A DNA stretch of 57,458 bases from a virus (Duplodnaviria > Caudoviricetes), in the IMG/VR virus record IMGVR_UViG_3300025418_000002, positions 1 to 57,458 of that record, one strand, 5' to 3'. The translations under genes and the position numbers were made by a program. Shown piece after piece: positions 34,371 to 44,531 of this stretch. Below the pieces are notes generated by a model, which was not told the DNA's origin, made no database searches, and was given only the letters and a program-made list of their open reading frames with translations. How positions within the stretch are numbered: position 1 is the first letter of the stretch; the number at the start of each line of letters is the position of its first letter.

Positions 34371-36964
34371 TAAAACTTCCCGTCTGGTTGAAGTCTGTAT
34401 CTAATAGCGCCGAGACGCCAAAATGACCCAACATCTCCCGGCGCCGTTTCAAGCTTAATAGACATAAGCCTTCCACGGAACCTTGGTGTGACAAAGGTTG
34501 TATTTACGTTAATGTTAAATGGATATTCTTTAGGGGTCTGCTCTGGATAGTCGGTGACATAAAATGTCATGACAAGATCAGCAGCATTTGACCCACCATA
34601 ATACCCATACTTCATATCAGGCCAAACTTGGTCAACAAAGACTTTGTATTCAGCGTCAGAAATTTGGAAATATCCAGTTTGGAAGCTGGCATAAAGTGGC
34701 TGACCATCTGCATCAGGAGAAGTTTCATGCTGGTAAATATAATTTGTCCCACTGGCCCCAATTGGAGGCCCAAGAACAGACTGATTTATCCAAGCAGTTC
34801 TGGATAAAGTCCCAAAGTCCCACTGGTCAAGAACGGCATTATATTTAACGTAATTGCTAATTTCTCCGTTTGACCCTTTGGTGGCATAATACCAAGATAT
34901 TTCGCCAAATTGAGAATTAACAGCAATTCTAATTTTATTTAATGCCGTTTCACTTGTATCAAAGTCTTGGAATATAACGTCCCAAACTGGACACCGAATA
35001 ACTTCAACGCCAGTCCCGGATAACCTGTAAAACTGGCTTTGGCTCATCCAATACACAACACCATTCATAGACGCTGCGGCCTTGCGGGAAATAAGTCCGC
35101 AGCCATTGCCTATTTCATTAAATTGGTAAACATACGGAGGGCCAACATACTGCATAGCCCAAATACCTAAATCAGTCCAAATCAGACCCTGTTGCGGCCC
35201 CTGAATACAACCAACAACTTTAGAGCCTTTAGGAAGTCTGTAAGACCCTGCCTGATTTGTTACTGTAGCAACCCAACTTCCATAATTATTAACATCACAC
35301 CAGCGGATAAGTAGAGGGTCTTGAATCCCATTAAAAGTTGACCCCCATGCAACAATTTGACGTTGAGGCATAGCCACAAACATCCCATCATTTACCATAG
35401 GGCCATTAGACATAACTGAGGCTACTGAATTCCCGCCAGTTGGAGACCAATTATAAATTGGACCGCCAATAGGGCAGGCAACAAGAATTTCACCCCAATT
35501 ATCAAGCGTCCAGTCTACCGCAGCAATTGGAGATCCCGTTACAGCAACAGTTGCTTGTCCAGGAGTTCCCGTTCCATATAAACCATCCCCATAATATCCA
35601 TTACCGTATCCACCCCCAGAAGGGGTTGGGCCTGGAGTTTTTAAGTATTCGTAATAAGCATTCCCATTATTTAAATAAGATTGATTTATAAAAGCAGAAC
35701 CCTGTTGAACAGATTCTGTCATTGACATAAATATGGAGCCATTGGAATTTTGAAAAGTAACTGTTTTATACACATTATCAATTGTTAATATTTTAGCATA
35801 TTGACCTGATGGAGTATTAAATTGAGATGCAGGACCTGTATAATTTGAAATTAATATATGGTCATTTACGTTAAAATTATATACGCCAGAATAGGTAAAT
35901 GTTCCTGTTGTTGTCCCATTTCCAGATATAGAAATAATAACAGAAGAATTAGGAATTGATTTTAATGATATTTTAAAGTTATTTGTATCAATAATAGAAG
36001 ATACAATGTAGTTTCCGTAAAGGGTTGTTGTGCCAAAATTTAACGGAACAATAATTGGGAATGTGTCCCCTACAGAATAACCATTATTAGGTAGCGTTAC
36101 TGTTGCAGTTTGGTCTCCTATTGCAAATGTAAAAATAGGAACACTTGCCGCCGTCCCAGGCGGAACTGTTGTAGTTGCGGCAACGGGACTCCCAATTATG
36201 TTTTTTGCATTTATAAAATAGCTATTAGCGCCATCAATGTATGTGCAAGGATAGCTGCCAAATAATATTAGGCCGCCAACACTAATTTGTGTTTTTATGT
36301 AAACGGAGTCAAAATTAGATACATTAGATCCAGCGTTATTTATCCGAACCTGTGAACTTCCGGCTGTTGTAACAGCGTCTGGAGGTGAATTTGTGCTGAA
36401 TGTAACGCGGGGAGTTATAATATTAAATGAGGTGTTTGCATTTGCAGCAATGTAACCAAGTCCATCACCAGAACTTAAGGCTCCAATTGGAGATCCGTCT
36501 GGATTAGACACAGACGCATGAGAACCGCTTAATGTGTATTGAATATAATTAGGACCAGAGGCAGCTACTACCGTAGAAGTTCCTACCGGCGTATTATAGG
36601 CATTAACACTAATTCCAGAAATAATAACATTTGATCCAACTTGAAATAATGAACTTCCACTGTAGGTTATGGTCGCCAATGTTCCATTACATGAAGCCGT
36701 TAAAATAGAAGCAATAGTTGTCTGTGATCCAACGCCAAGATAAGCCAAGGCATTTGTATCTTCCCAGGCCCATAAAGCCCTAACGGTAGAATACAACTGA
36801 CCCCTAAACCACTGGGTCCACCCACCAAGCTTTTGAACAAGCCCTAATCCCTGTTTGTCAGGGACAAATCTAACAAGGTTTGTGTAGGAAATGGCGGCTT
36901 CGTTTAAAGCCAGCGTCCTATTCTGGTCAACTCCAGGGATTAACTTTAATGTAGTGTGCGACAT
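34370..36964 (-). CDS. Tail nozzle / head-closure beta-propeller protein with an inserted beta-rich region
   Basis: 864 aa; QKLGGW, WTLDNWGE.LVA, DPLLIRWCD, LIWTD..IWAMQYVGPPYV, GTLSRTAW, RFRGR, WRLG..RY...PDG. Confidence 0.8.
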   Translation of the reverse strand: MSHTTLKLIPGVDQNRTLALNEAAISYTNLVRFVPDKQGLGLVQKLGGWTQWFRGQLYSTVRALWAWEDTNALAYLGVGSQTTIASILTASCNGTLATITYSGSSLFQVGSNVIISGISVNAYNTPVGTSTVVAASGPNYIQYTLSGSHASVSNPDGSPIGALSSGDGLGYIAANANTSFNIITPRVTFSTNSPPDAVTTAGSSQVRINNAGSNVSNFDSVYIKTQISVGGLILFGSYPCTYIDGANSYFINAKNIIGSPVAATTTVPPGTAASVPIFTFAIGDQTATVTLPNNGYSVGDTFPIIVPLNFGTTTLYGNYIVSSIIDTNNFKISLKSIPNSSVIISISGNGTTTGTFTYSGVYNFNVNDHILISNYTGPASQFNTPSGQYAKILTIDNVYKTVTFQNSNGSIFMSMTESVQQGSAFINQSYLNNGNAYYEYLKTPGPTPSGGGYGNGYYGDGLYGTGTPGQATVAVTGSPIAAVDWTLDNWGEILVACPIGGPIYNWSPTGGNSVASVMSNGPMVNDGMFVAMPQRQIVAWGSTFNGIQDPLLIRWCDVNNYGSWVATVTNQAGSYRLPKGSKVVGCIQGPQQGLIWTDLGIWAMQYVGPPYVYQFNEIGNGCGLISRKAAASMNGVVYWMSQSQFYRLSGTGVEVIRCPVWDVIFQDFDTSETALNKIRIAVNSQFGEISWYYATKGSNGEISNYVKYNAVLDQWDFGTLSRTAWINQSVLGPPIGASGTNYIYQHETSPDADGQPLYASFQTGYFQISDAEYKVFVDQVWPDMKYGYYGGSNAADLVMTFYVTDYPEQTPKEYPFNINVNTTFVTPRFRGRLMSIKLETAPGDVGSFWRLGAIRYRLQPDGKF

Positions 36965-36967
36965 TCG

Positions 36968-37708
36968 TTAACCGCGAGTCGGAGTAGCAGTTGTAGAAGC
37001 AGATTGAGAAGACCAAGCCGCAGCCTCAAACTTCTTTCTATTTTCTTCAGATACGGCGCCCTTAAGAAGTGTTTGATATTGAGTCTCATACGTTACAGGC
37101 ATTTGAGGATCATTACCCATTGCACTACTAAAGTTGCGTTGATAAGCAGCAATGTAAATCATGCTGGCCATGATTAATAAATCAGGAAGATAAAGGCTGA
37201 TAAACGTCGTAAGGTTTGATGCTGACATACTGTCTGGACGGTAAGTTCCAATTATCTCGCAGGTGTAATTGCTGTCAGGATATGGACCAACAAGAAAAGT
37301 GTAATCATCAAATGGAACAAAATATTTAGGCAAGCCAGTATTAGACGCCACGTTATAAACAGCGTCTAAAAATTCCTTGGTTGTTGGCAGTAAAGGGTTT
37401 CTTGTCCCCAAATCTGGATTGGTTACAGTGTAAGGCGTAATCACATTAATCTGTTCAGGAACAACAAGAGTGCCAGCCGGAACAGAAATAATACGGCTTC
37501 CAACAGTCAATCCATAGGCAGTCGTAGCAATAGATGTGAAAAGGAAGTCAACATCTCTATATATGCGGTTTTCCGCATAGGTAATCATTTGGGGTAAAAT
37601 AGCCAAAAAAGCGGTGTCCGTTGGGTCAACAACGGCCATGGTAGAAATTTGACCAATATAACTTGTGGTTCCGGGGACAGTCCCGTCGTAGCTTAAGCCA
37701 GTCGTCAT
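36968..37708 (-). CDS. Head-tail adaptor / tail tubular protein
   Basis: I.YAENRIYR, G.PKYF, VGPYPD..Y, T.IS...PDLL..AS; directly upstream of the nozzle gene. Confidence 0.75.
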   Translation of the reverse strand: MTTGLSYDGTVPGTTSYIGQISTMAVVDPTDTAFLAILPQMITYAENRIYRDVDFLFTSIATTAYGLTVGSRIISVPAGTLVVPEQINVITPYTVTNPDLGTRNPLLPTTKEFLDAVYNVASNTGLPKYFVPFDDYTFLVGPYPDSNYTCEIIGTYRPDSMSASNLTTFISLYLPDLLIMASMIYIAAYQRNFSSAMGNDPQMPVTYETQYQTLLKGAVSEENRKKFEAAAWSSQSASTTATPTRG

Positions 37709-37750
37709 TATATGCCTCTTTGCCCTCTACAATCTTACCACAAAAATAAA

Positions 37751-38044
37751 TTATTGAATAATCTCACCAAATTGACGCAAAACATCATTATAAAAATCCC
37801 CATCAGCCTCCAACCTCTTATTTGCTGTAATGGCCGCCGCCCTATTCTCAAGGGCAAAAGTCTTTATGCTTTTCCCTTTAGTGGCCACAGGAAGTGGAAC
37901 AGGCTTGCCAAAATCAGCGGGTGCGTCTGGAAGCCTTGCCCTTTCCAGCTGATGCGTCGAGGTTGCGCACGACGCCAGCAAAGTCGTCGTCAACACGGCA
38001 ATTATACCTAACTTTGGGGCATGATATTTTGATGGATTGCTCAC
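37751..38044 (-). CDS. o-spanin (Rz1-like lipoprotein)
   Basis: IIAVLTTTLLAS-C lipobox, Pro-rich; overlaps the 3' part of the i-spanin in another frame. Confidence 0.65.
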   Translation of the reverse strand: MSNPSKYHAPKLGIIAVLTTTLLASCATSTHQLERARLPDAPADFGKPVPLPVATKGKSIKTFALENRAAAITANKRLEADGDFYNDVLRQFGEIIQ

Positions 38045-38363
38045 TTTTCGTCTCCTGAGCATTAAATTCATCTATCTGATTTTTTAGCTTATAAGCTAAT
38101 AAGGCGTTTTCGTCAGCCCTGGCCGTAGCTGCGGCAGTTATTTCCCTCGCAGCCTCTTGTTGGCGTATAACTTCAGCATGATAAGCCGCCTCTCTGGCGG
38201 CATTTTCAGCTGCAACCCTGGTTTCCCACTGAAAGTTTGTGTGATGGGCTGACCAAAACCATGCAACAGCAAAAACAATAGCAAATTGGCCCAATGTGGA
38301 ACTGGTAAAGGACCATATTGAGCCACCAAGCCACTGTAAGGCGGGTAAAATTGCAAACGGCAT
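37914..38363 (-). CDS. i-spanin (Rz-like)
   Basis: N-terminal TM segment, Ala/Glu coiled coil and C-terminal Cys; follows the endolysin. Confidence 0.7.
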   Translation of the reverse strand: MPFAILPALQWLGGSIWSFTSSTLGQFAIVFAVAWFWSAHHTNFQWETRVAAENAAREAAYHAEVIRQQEAAREITAAATARADENALLAYKLKNQIDEFNAQETKSEQSIKISCPKVRYNCRVDDDFAGVVRNLDASAGKGKASRRTR

Positions 38364-38364
38364 A

Positions 38365-39441
38365 TTACCTCGCTACATTTATACCAACAGCGGCGTCCCT
38401 AACCCGGCTTTGCTCTGCCAGCTTGGCGCCTTTATAGCATTTCCAGGCAAAGTAACATGCTACAATTGTAGCAATAATTCCAAAAAGAGCAGGCCAGTAA
38501 AATTTTATAAATGACCAAAAGTCTATTCCAGATTGGGCGCTTGCAGCTATATCTTGAACATTAGAAATAATAGTACTCGCCTGCGTTGTAATACCCGCAG
38601 CTGTGGCTAGTCCGCCTCCAATGGCGCCTATCCTAGCCTCATCTGTCCCTTTTATTGTATTGGAACCAGAATCCCTAAGCTCAGAAGCAGTTATATTTGC
38701 CCTCTCATCCGACACAGGCCGAATAGGTGCATCATTTGAGTGCAAAACCCTAATTGTTTCCGGGTCCAATGAACCTGTTATGGGAAGATTTGCAGCATCT
38801 TGAAAGTCCCTTATCCCACTTCTGGTTAAGGGGCCATGAATTCCGTCAATCCCCCCAACAGGATAATTAAGCTGGGTAAGACGGCTTTGAGCAAGCCTAA
38901 CGTCATTTAATTGGTAGTTTGCTAATTTCAAATAACGGCGCCGACTTTCAAGGCCATTATACCCACCATTTACTTTACGGGTTATCCCATCAATGTCATT
39001 TATATCAGCAAGTTTGTTTAAATTGTTATCACGCCAAAATAGGGCCGCCGTCAAAGCAGCATAAGGGAATTGAGATGCTAGTTCTGGATTTCTGATGAAA
39101 TCAACATTTAATTCATTGCCGTATTTTCTATAATTGTTTTTACCAGTTATTTGTATAAGTCCCCGCCCCTTATAAATAGGTCCGTCATTTGGCCCATTCC
39201 CTAAGTCGGACCTGTTGTCGTATTCCCGCCCACTGGCATATTCAACAGTAGTCCTAAAGCCATCACTCTCATGAGCAATTTGAGCAAGGAACTGGGCCTG
39301 TCGGCCCTTAGTAGAAAGATTGGCAATTTCTATGACTTCCGGCATTGCCGCAGCAAGGCCATTAATAATACTTTGCCTTGCGGTTGGAGCTATTTTGCGA
39401 ATAATTGATTCCCATTGGGCAGTATTATTCGCCATAACCAT
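38365..39441 (-). CDS. GH19 endolysin with a peptidoglycan-binding domain and C-terminal membrane segments
   Basis: AQFLAQIAHES, YKGRGLIQITGKNNY, ITRKVNGGYNGL.SR; Q.RL..L.Y..G.IDG..GP.TR..IR.FQ....L..TG (PG_binding_1). Confidence 0.92.
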   Translation of the reverse strand: MVMANNTAQWESIIRKIAPTARQSIINGLAAAMPEVIEIANLSTKGRQAQFLAQIAHESDGFRTTVEYASGREYDNRSDLGNGPNDGPIYKGRGLIQITGKNNYRKYGNELNVDFIRNPELASQFPYAALTAALFWRDNNLNKLADINDIDGITRKVNGGYNGLESRRRYLKLANYQLNDVRLAQSRLTQLNYPVGGIDGIHGPLTRSGIRDFQDAANLPITGSLDPETIRVLHSNDAPIRPVSDERANITASELRDSGSNTIKGTDEARIGAIGGGLATAAGITTQASTIISNVQDIAASAQSGIDFWSFIKFYWPALFGIIATIVACYFAWKCYKGAKLAEQSRVRDAAVGINVAR

Positions 39442-39446
39442 CCCGC

Positions 39447-39680
39447 CTATTTGTCAGCCTTACCATCCAACTTATCAGATATTTTTGTCAACATTTCTTT
39501 AATTTCTCGCATACCATCAGAAAACTCATCCCGTCTAATATAATTCGTTGGCATTTCTATCTCAATTCTATGGAGGTCGGCCCTTAATTCTTTCACAGCA
39601 ACCCAAAGCTCCCTAGCTAACCATCCAACAACCATTAATACTGAACCCGCTACAAGGTTAATGATTGTTTGAGGTTCCAT
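39447..39680 (-). CDS. Holin/antiholin-like small membrane protein
   Basis: One N-terminal TM segment plus a coiled coil, upstream of the endolysin. Confidence 0.55.
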   Translation of the reverse strand: MEPQTIINLVAGSVLMVVGWLARELWVAVKELRADLHRIEIEMPTNYIRRDEFSDGMREIKEMLTKISDKLDGKADK

Positions 39681-39684
39681 GCTA

Positions 39685-41547
39685 TTAACTTTCTACGTGT
39701 TTTTTAAAGAGACGGGTGAAAGCATTATCCACAGTCAGCATATAACCTTTGTTAATATGCCGCAGTGTATCTTGCCATATAGTGTCCCACATGTGAACAG
39801 CATAGCTGCCATTTAGTGTCGGCAAATATGCGTCGGCGCATTCCTCTCTCAATATTGATTCATCATAAAAATCAAATGGAAGGAACTTTTCAGTCTCTAT
39901 TAAAGTAAGCAAATCTTTGTTTTCTTTGTATATTTCCACAGGAAGACCAACAATATGCCAAGCCCACTCCCCACTCTTTAGGGCCTCAGGAAGTCTTTCA
40001 ATCCAAATCCTAATAAATTCAGATTTTGGAGCAGCCAAAATTGTTGCCGCCGGCATAGATTCATCTTTAAACTTTGTGCCAGTAACGTCTCCAACAAACC
40101 CAGCCAACACACAGTCATTGTCCATGAAGTCATTAAGAGGCTTTGTCAGGAAACAATCTGTATCCAAATAGATACCGCCCATTTCATAAAGCTTCTGAAG
40201 CCTAACAACATCAGACTGATATTGGGCCCACCCGTCTAATGAAACGCCCTCAAGCTCCGTTGGTGGTTCAATATGAACCATCTCAACATACTGCTTCATA
40301 TTGTCCCAGTTTTCGTTACTCTCCGGCTCTTTATTGTAATAAAAATAAATCTTATCCGGCTTTTGAACATCAAACGCAGTTTTTACAGCCAAATAGTTAA
40401 GGTAGCTGAAGTCACGGGATTTCTCTCCGTAGAAATACATAAAATGGATTATGTTAGGGATTTTGGGCTTCGGCTTAAAGCTTTCCAATATAAACTTTAA
40501 GTTATCCCTAAGCCTGTCAATTCTAGGGGACTTCTCAACAGAAATCTTTGCTTGCTCTAAAGCCTCATCCCTCAACCCTAAATGCCAAGCGGATATGCTA
40601 GCCAAGTCATGAGGCCAATGCTCCCAAACCGCCGGATCACATGTGTAAACTAATTCCCTCTCCTTAATTTGAAGAGCTCTCATGCAACTTGCATAACATT
40701 CCGCCCATCTGGACTGGCGGTAATACAGCATAGCCAATTCACACCATGGCTCCCTTGTATTAGGAGCTTCAGCCGCAGCCCGCTGGAACCATCTTTCACA
40801 TTCATAAGCATTACCCATTTCCGCGTAACACCTAGCCATAACCCGCATGGCGTAGCAGCGTTCATTCTCCCAAGCAGAATTCGGCATTTCCAAATACTTC
40901 TTGCAGGCGTCAATTGACTCCTGCCACCGAGCATTAAAAGAAAGCTCTCTGGCATAGTAAAAAGCGTTTCTGGAGCATAAAGGATCTTCCTTAACCGACA
41001 GCTCCAGCAAGTCCATATACTGGCCACGGCTCTTAGTTGGATCAGGATGATGGGTTGCAATCAGCCTATCAGTATAGGCGTAAACCTCATTAATCCGCTT
41101 ATCAAAAACAGGATATTCATGGCAGGGATGGTGCCAAAAGTAGCCGTGACGGGCATGAATTTTCTCATACCGAAACTTAATGCCACAGCCCCAGTCAAAG
41201 AAATAACTAAGGCGGGTTGTAACACCATTAATCCAAACCCTCTCAATTTCCTCACGCCACCCAGGCTCCAACATCTCATCAATATCTAAACTAATACAAA
41301 CGTCCATTTCTTTAGGAATAAGGGCAATGGCTGCATTTCTGGCATGGTCAAACCGCCAAGGCGTGATGCAGATTTGATGGACTGTAACGCCGTTAGCCTT
41401 ACACTCCTCAATTGTGCTATCAGTGCTGCCAGTGTCAGCAACCATAACAAGGTCAGCCTCACGGCAGGAATCAGCAAACCTTTTAATAAAATGCGCCTCA
41501 TTCTTGCTGATGGCATAGACGCAGATTTTTAGCTTTCTATCTTCCAT
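39685..41547 (-). CDS. GT2 glycosyltransferase, TPR repeats and a GT32-like (DxD) glycosyltransferase in one fusion
   Basis: ICVYAISKNE, VADTGSTD, FDHARNAA, SLDIDE; TPR helices (FYYARE, AMRVMARCY); KIPNIIHF, SDVVRL..LY..GGIYLDTD, YAVHMW. Confidence 0.9.
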   Translation of the reverse strand: MEDRKLKICVYAISKNEAHFIKRFADSCREADLVMVADTGSTDSTIEECKANGVTVHQICITPWRFDHARNAAIALIPKEMDVCISLDIDEMLEPGWREEIERVWINGVTTRLSYFFDWGCGIKFRYEKIHARHGYFWHHPCHEYPVFDKRINEVYAYTDRLIATHHPDPTKSRGQYMDLLELSVKEDPLCSRNAFYYARELSFNARWQESIDACKKYLEMPNSAWENERCYAMRVMARCYAEMGNAYECERWFQRAAAEAPNTREPWCELAMLYYRQSRWAECYASCMRALQIKERELVYTCDPAVWEHWPHDLASISAWHLGLRDEALEQAKISVEKSPRIDRLRDNLKFILESFKPKPKIPNIIHFMYFYGEKSRDFSYLNYLAVKTAFDVQKPDKIYFYYNKEPESNENWDNMKQYVEMVHIEPPTELEGVSLDGWAQYQSDVVRLQKLYEMGGIYLDTDCFLTKPLNDFMDNDCVLAGFVGDVTGTKFKDESMPAATILAAPKSEFIRIWIERLPEALKSGEWAWHIVGLPVEIYKENKDLLTLIETEKFLPFDFYDESILREECADAYLPTLNGSYAVHMWDTIWQDTLRHINKGYMLTVDNAFTRLFKKHVES

Positions 41548-41597
41548 AGCCCTTCCCCCTTAGGCATTTTAATTACATTTTCCTATCCCGTATTTAC

Positions 41598-42131
41598 TTA
41601 TTGACTCCATTGCTCCGTAGGAACAACAGGCCAATTTGTTACAGGAGTTGTTGGAGGATTTAAAGCTATTGCCCTAACTTGATTTCTATATGTAAAAAAA
41701 TCATTTTGATTCATTAAATAAGGATTTGACTGAGCCGGATCAGCAACTGAAGGAATAGATGTCCAATCAGTATTGGTTAAAAGCTGAGTAGCTTGATTTT
41801 TATTTTGAGCTTGAACTTGAGCATCATGAGAAGCTTTTTGTTCTGGCGTCATCTCAGAAACTGTCCAGCCTAGAGTCCAAGTTTCACCAATCATTTTTGG
41901 GTCGGCGTCTTGAACACATATTTCTGTATTTGTGTCATATGTAGGTTCTGGTAAAATTGTAACAGGCTCAAGGGTATAACCATTATCTATAGCCAATTGA
42001 GTCTGAGGAAACCAATAAGCAACATCATAATTGTCGCCATAGTTTGTATAAGGATTTTGAGACTGTAACGTAGAAAAAAGATACGGATAAAGAATTAAGG
42101 TTGTCCCCTGGACCTCTGCATAAGTCGTCAT
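41598..42131 (-). CDS. Tail fibre assembly / chaperone-like protein
   Basis: A..LL..TDWT...YR..VR.I.....WP..P pattern. Confidence 0.7.
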   Translation of the reverse strand: MTTYAEVQGTTLILYPYLFSTLQSQNPYTNYGDNYDVAYWFPQTQLAIDNGYTLEPVTILPEPTYDTNTEICVQDADPKMIGETWTLGWTVSEMTPEQKASHDAQVQAQNKNQATQLLTNTDWTSIPSVADPAQSNPYLMNQNDFFTYRNQVRAIALNPPTTPVTNWPVVPTEQWSQ

Positions 42132-42364
42132 TGATTTTCTCCGTTAATAATAGCCGTAGAGGTTTCCCTGTCTATTTGCAAAAAACCATCACAGGCAATG
42201 TTATAATCATCACCAGTTTGCTCATCCCAAGAAGGAACATTTATCTTAACGTGTTTTGCAAGATATTCTTTTAACCCATTCTCGAAGACGCGCCAAACAT
42301 GATCTTTAGTCCCGCGCCCTGGCTGTCCCTTTGTCTTATTATAGCGTATTTGGTAGTGGTTCAT
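42128..42364 (-). CDS. Hypothetical protein
   Basis: IRYNKTKGQPGRGT.DHVWRVFENG; ATGA-coupled. Confidence 0.75.
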   Translation of the reverse strand: MNHYQIRYNKTKGQPGRGTKDHVWRVFENGLKEYLAKHVKINVPSWDEQTGDDYNIACDGFLQIDRETSTAIINGENQ

Positions 42365-42996
42365 ATAACCTCTACCTCTATGCCACTATGAGGATTATCA
42401 ATTAAAGAAATGTTAAAATGGACAAAACGAAAAGGATCACTACTGCCATTTTTAGTAAAACTGTGCGGTAGCCAAGCATTGGTCAAAACAAGCATTCCAG
42501 GCTCCGGCCTAAAATGAAAAGCATTTGATGCATACGTCACATTAGATATGTCATCCTCAGAAATTCCAAGCTGAGTTTTGCCTGGTCTAGGGTCATGAAA
42601 TGTGGCTGCGCATGACCCTTCCGGCGTGTCTAAAAAATAAAATCCAACAATTTGAACGCCATTAGGATGAATGTGTTGATCCATTTGGCTGAATTTATAA
42701 TGCTCCTGGCACCACATTTCCGTAAAAAATGCAGCTTTTCCTTTTACGTTATAACCCTGCTCTATTAAAATATTAAGGGCCGTAACAGCAGTATAAGAAC
42801 AAAAATCCTGTATGGATGGGTCTTGTGAAATATCCCCTGTCATTTTTACAGGGTAAATATCATTTAACTCATGATCTACAGATAATAATGCGGCATTAGA
42901 AGATTTGCGAACAGAATCAAGAAACTCTGGCTTACTAATTGAATAAACTGTGGTTGGGAAACAATGTATATTGTTTAAAATATCTTCAGACATCAC
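42361..42996 (-). CDS. 2OG-Fe(II) oxygenase (TIGR02466-like)
   Basis: FPT.V, MW, HIHP, GFYFL..P, F.DPRP, P.PG.LV...WLPH, R..HFN. Confidence 0.85.
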   Translation of the reverse strand: MMSEDILNNIHCFPTTVYSISKPEFLDSVRKSSNAALLSVDHELNDIYPVKMTGDISQDPSIQDFCSYTAVTALNILIEQGYNVKGKAAFFTEMWCQEHYKFSQMDQHIHPNGVQIVGFYFLDTPEGSCAATFHDPRPGKTQLGISEDDISNVTYASNAFHFRPEPGMLVLTNAWLPHSFTKNGSSDPFRFVHFNISLIDNPHSGIEVEVI

Positions 42997-43606
42997 GCTT
43001 ATCTTCTAAAAAATATTCAGAATGATTTGTTAAGCATTCAATAGCGTTCTTTGCTCCTGACAGTTTGGTCATAACGCCTTGGATATGCGGCAAAAGCTCA
43101 GTCTGAAAGTCAGGATGATTTCTCATAGCCCTAAGCTGGTCTTCTGGAATAGTGCCAATTGAGAAAAGAAAGTTTTCAACTCTATTTTTAAACTCACCAA
43201 GCCATTCTTCTCTTTGCGCAGCTTCGTTTGCTTCCAATAATGGAAGATGCGCATATTTACGGTGTGGCTCTAATTCCATCATAATTTCATTGATGGTGTT
43301 TAATTCCATTTTTGCAGCTTCTAGATTCTTTTCCCACACATAGTAATTGGCGTTAGCCTCCATAATATCTGCCTGAGCTCTCATTTTATCTGTTTTAGAG
43401 CTATTTAAGTCATCAATAATAGATTGCGCATCTAGTATAGTGGCTTCTCTACGAATACGTTGCGCTTCACAACTTTTAATAACAGCCTCTCTATCTACCT
43501 TCTGGCTATACATTAGCATCCAAGCGCCATCAGGAGTAAAACATGAACCAGCCATGAAATGGCGTAACTGAAAGTCACAGTTATTTCTATGTGGATTGGA
43601 GTTCAT
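42986..43606 (-). CDS. Helical hypothetical protein (possible fibre partner)
   Basis: 206-aa coiled-coil ORF abutting the repeat protein. Confidence 0.7.
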   Translation of the reverse strand: MNSNPHRNNCDFQLRHFMAGSCFTPDGAWMLMYSQKVDREAVIKSCEAQRIRREATILDAQSIIDDLNSSKTDKMRAQADIMEANANYYVWEKNLEAAKMELNTINEIMMELEPHRKYAHLPLLEANEAAQREEWLGEFKNRVENFLFSIGTIPEDQLRAMRNHPDFQTELLPHIQGVMTKLSGAKNAIECLTNHSEYFLEDKRDV

Positions 43607-44530
43607 TTATAAATTAACCCCTGATATTCCATTTGATGCAGCAGCGCCACCGGTTGAAACCGCGCTTGAAACAGCAACGCCTGAAGCTGTGCTTGTGTCA
43701 CAGGCATAAGTGTATTTATTTCTGGCTGTTGACGGAGCGGCACACGGCGACCCAGTTGCTCCTAAAGCAAAAATACCTCTAGTGCTATTTCCAGTAGCCG
43801 CACCTCTAAATGATACAGCACTTGCAGCCCCAACACCTGTTGCTGTGCTTGTATCACATGCATAAGTGTATTTATTGCGGGTTGTTGTTTGGCTTCCAAT
43901 TGCAAATATTCCCCGTGTGCAATTACCCGTAGCAGAACCTCCAGTAGATGTGGCGCTTGCTGCGGTAGCAACTGCATTTGCATCACAAGCATAAGTATAT
44001 TTATTTCGTGTCGTTGTAGAGTTTGCTAACTGAAATATTCCTCTAGTGCTATTCCCAGTAGCAGCACCTAAGTTTGATGCTACACTAGAGGCTGTAGCTG
44101 ATCCATTTGTGTCACAAGCGTAGGTATATTTATCTCTAGTAGTGCTTGCTACTGTAGTAAACCCAAGAGCAAAAATACCTCTTGTGCTATTTCCAGTAGC
44201 TTCTCCTTGCGCAGAATTGGCGGATGACGCCGTCGCTGTCCCATTTGTGTTACATGCGTATGTATATTTATTACGGGTTGCTACTCTTACGGAACCACAC
44301 GTTTGCCCTATAGCGAAAATACCGCGTGTGCTGTTTCCAGCAGCAGATCCAAATGCTGAATTAGCAGATGAACTTGTTGCAGCACAACTTAAGCAAGAAG
44401 CAAAAGTATATTTATTTCTAGTAGCAGTGACGTTTCCTAAAGCAAAAATACCGAATGTGGCGTCTAATGCAGGGCTTGCAAATCCATATCCCTGAGCAGA
44501 AATAGCGCCTTTTGTGGATAATATTGGCAT
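43607..44530 (-). CDS. Cys-containing repeat (beta-propeller-like) virion protein
   Basis: About six ~43-aa repeats G.ATGNSTRGIFALG....TRNKYTYACDT. Confidence 0.75.
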   Translation of the reverse strand: MPILSTKGAISAQGYGFASPALDATFGIFALGNVTATRNKYTFASCLSCAATSSSANSAFGSAAGNSTRGIFAIGQTCGSVRVATRNKYTYACNTNGTATASSANSAQGEATGNSTRGIFALGFTTVASTTRDKYTYACDTNGSATASSVASNLGAATGNSTRGIFQLANSTTTRNKYTYACDANAVATAASATSTGGSATGNCTRGIFAIGSQTTTRNKYTYACDTSTATGVGAASAVSFRGAATGNSTRGIFALGATGSPCAAPSTARNKYTYACDTSTASGVAVSSAVSTGGAAASNGISGVNL

Positions 44531-44531
44531 T

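Noticed and set aside
13052-44521. DnaA boxes (8/9 matches at 13052 and 13098; perfect at 39725 and 44513)
   Set aside because: They are scattered, mostly inside coding sequence and not clustered. The count is not clearly above chance for a 9-mer in an AT-leaning genome.
43607-44530. Diversity-generating retroelement target/template pair
   Set aside because: There is no reverse transcriptase in the genome, and the repeats are in-frame protein repeats.
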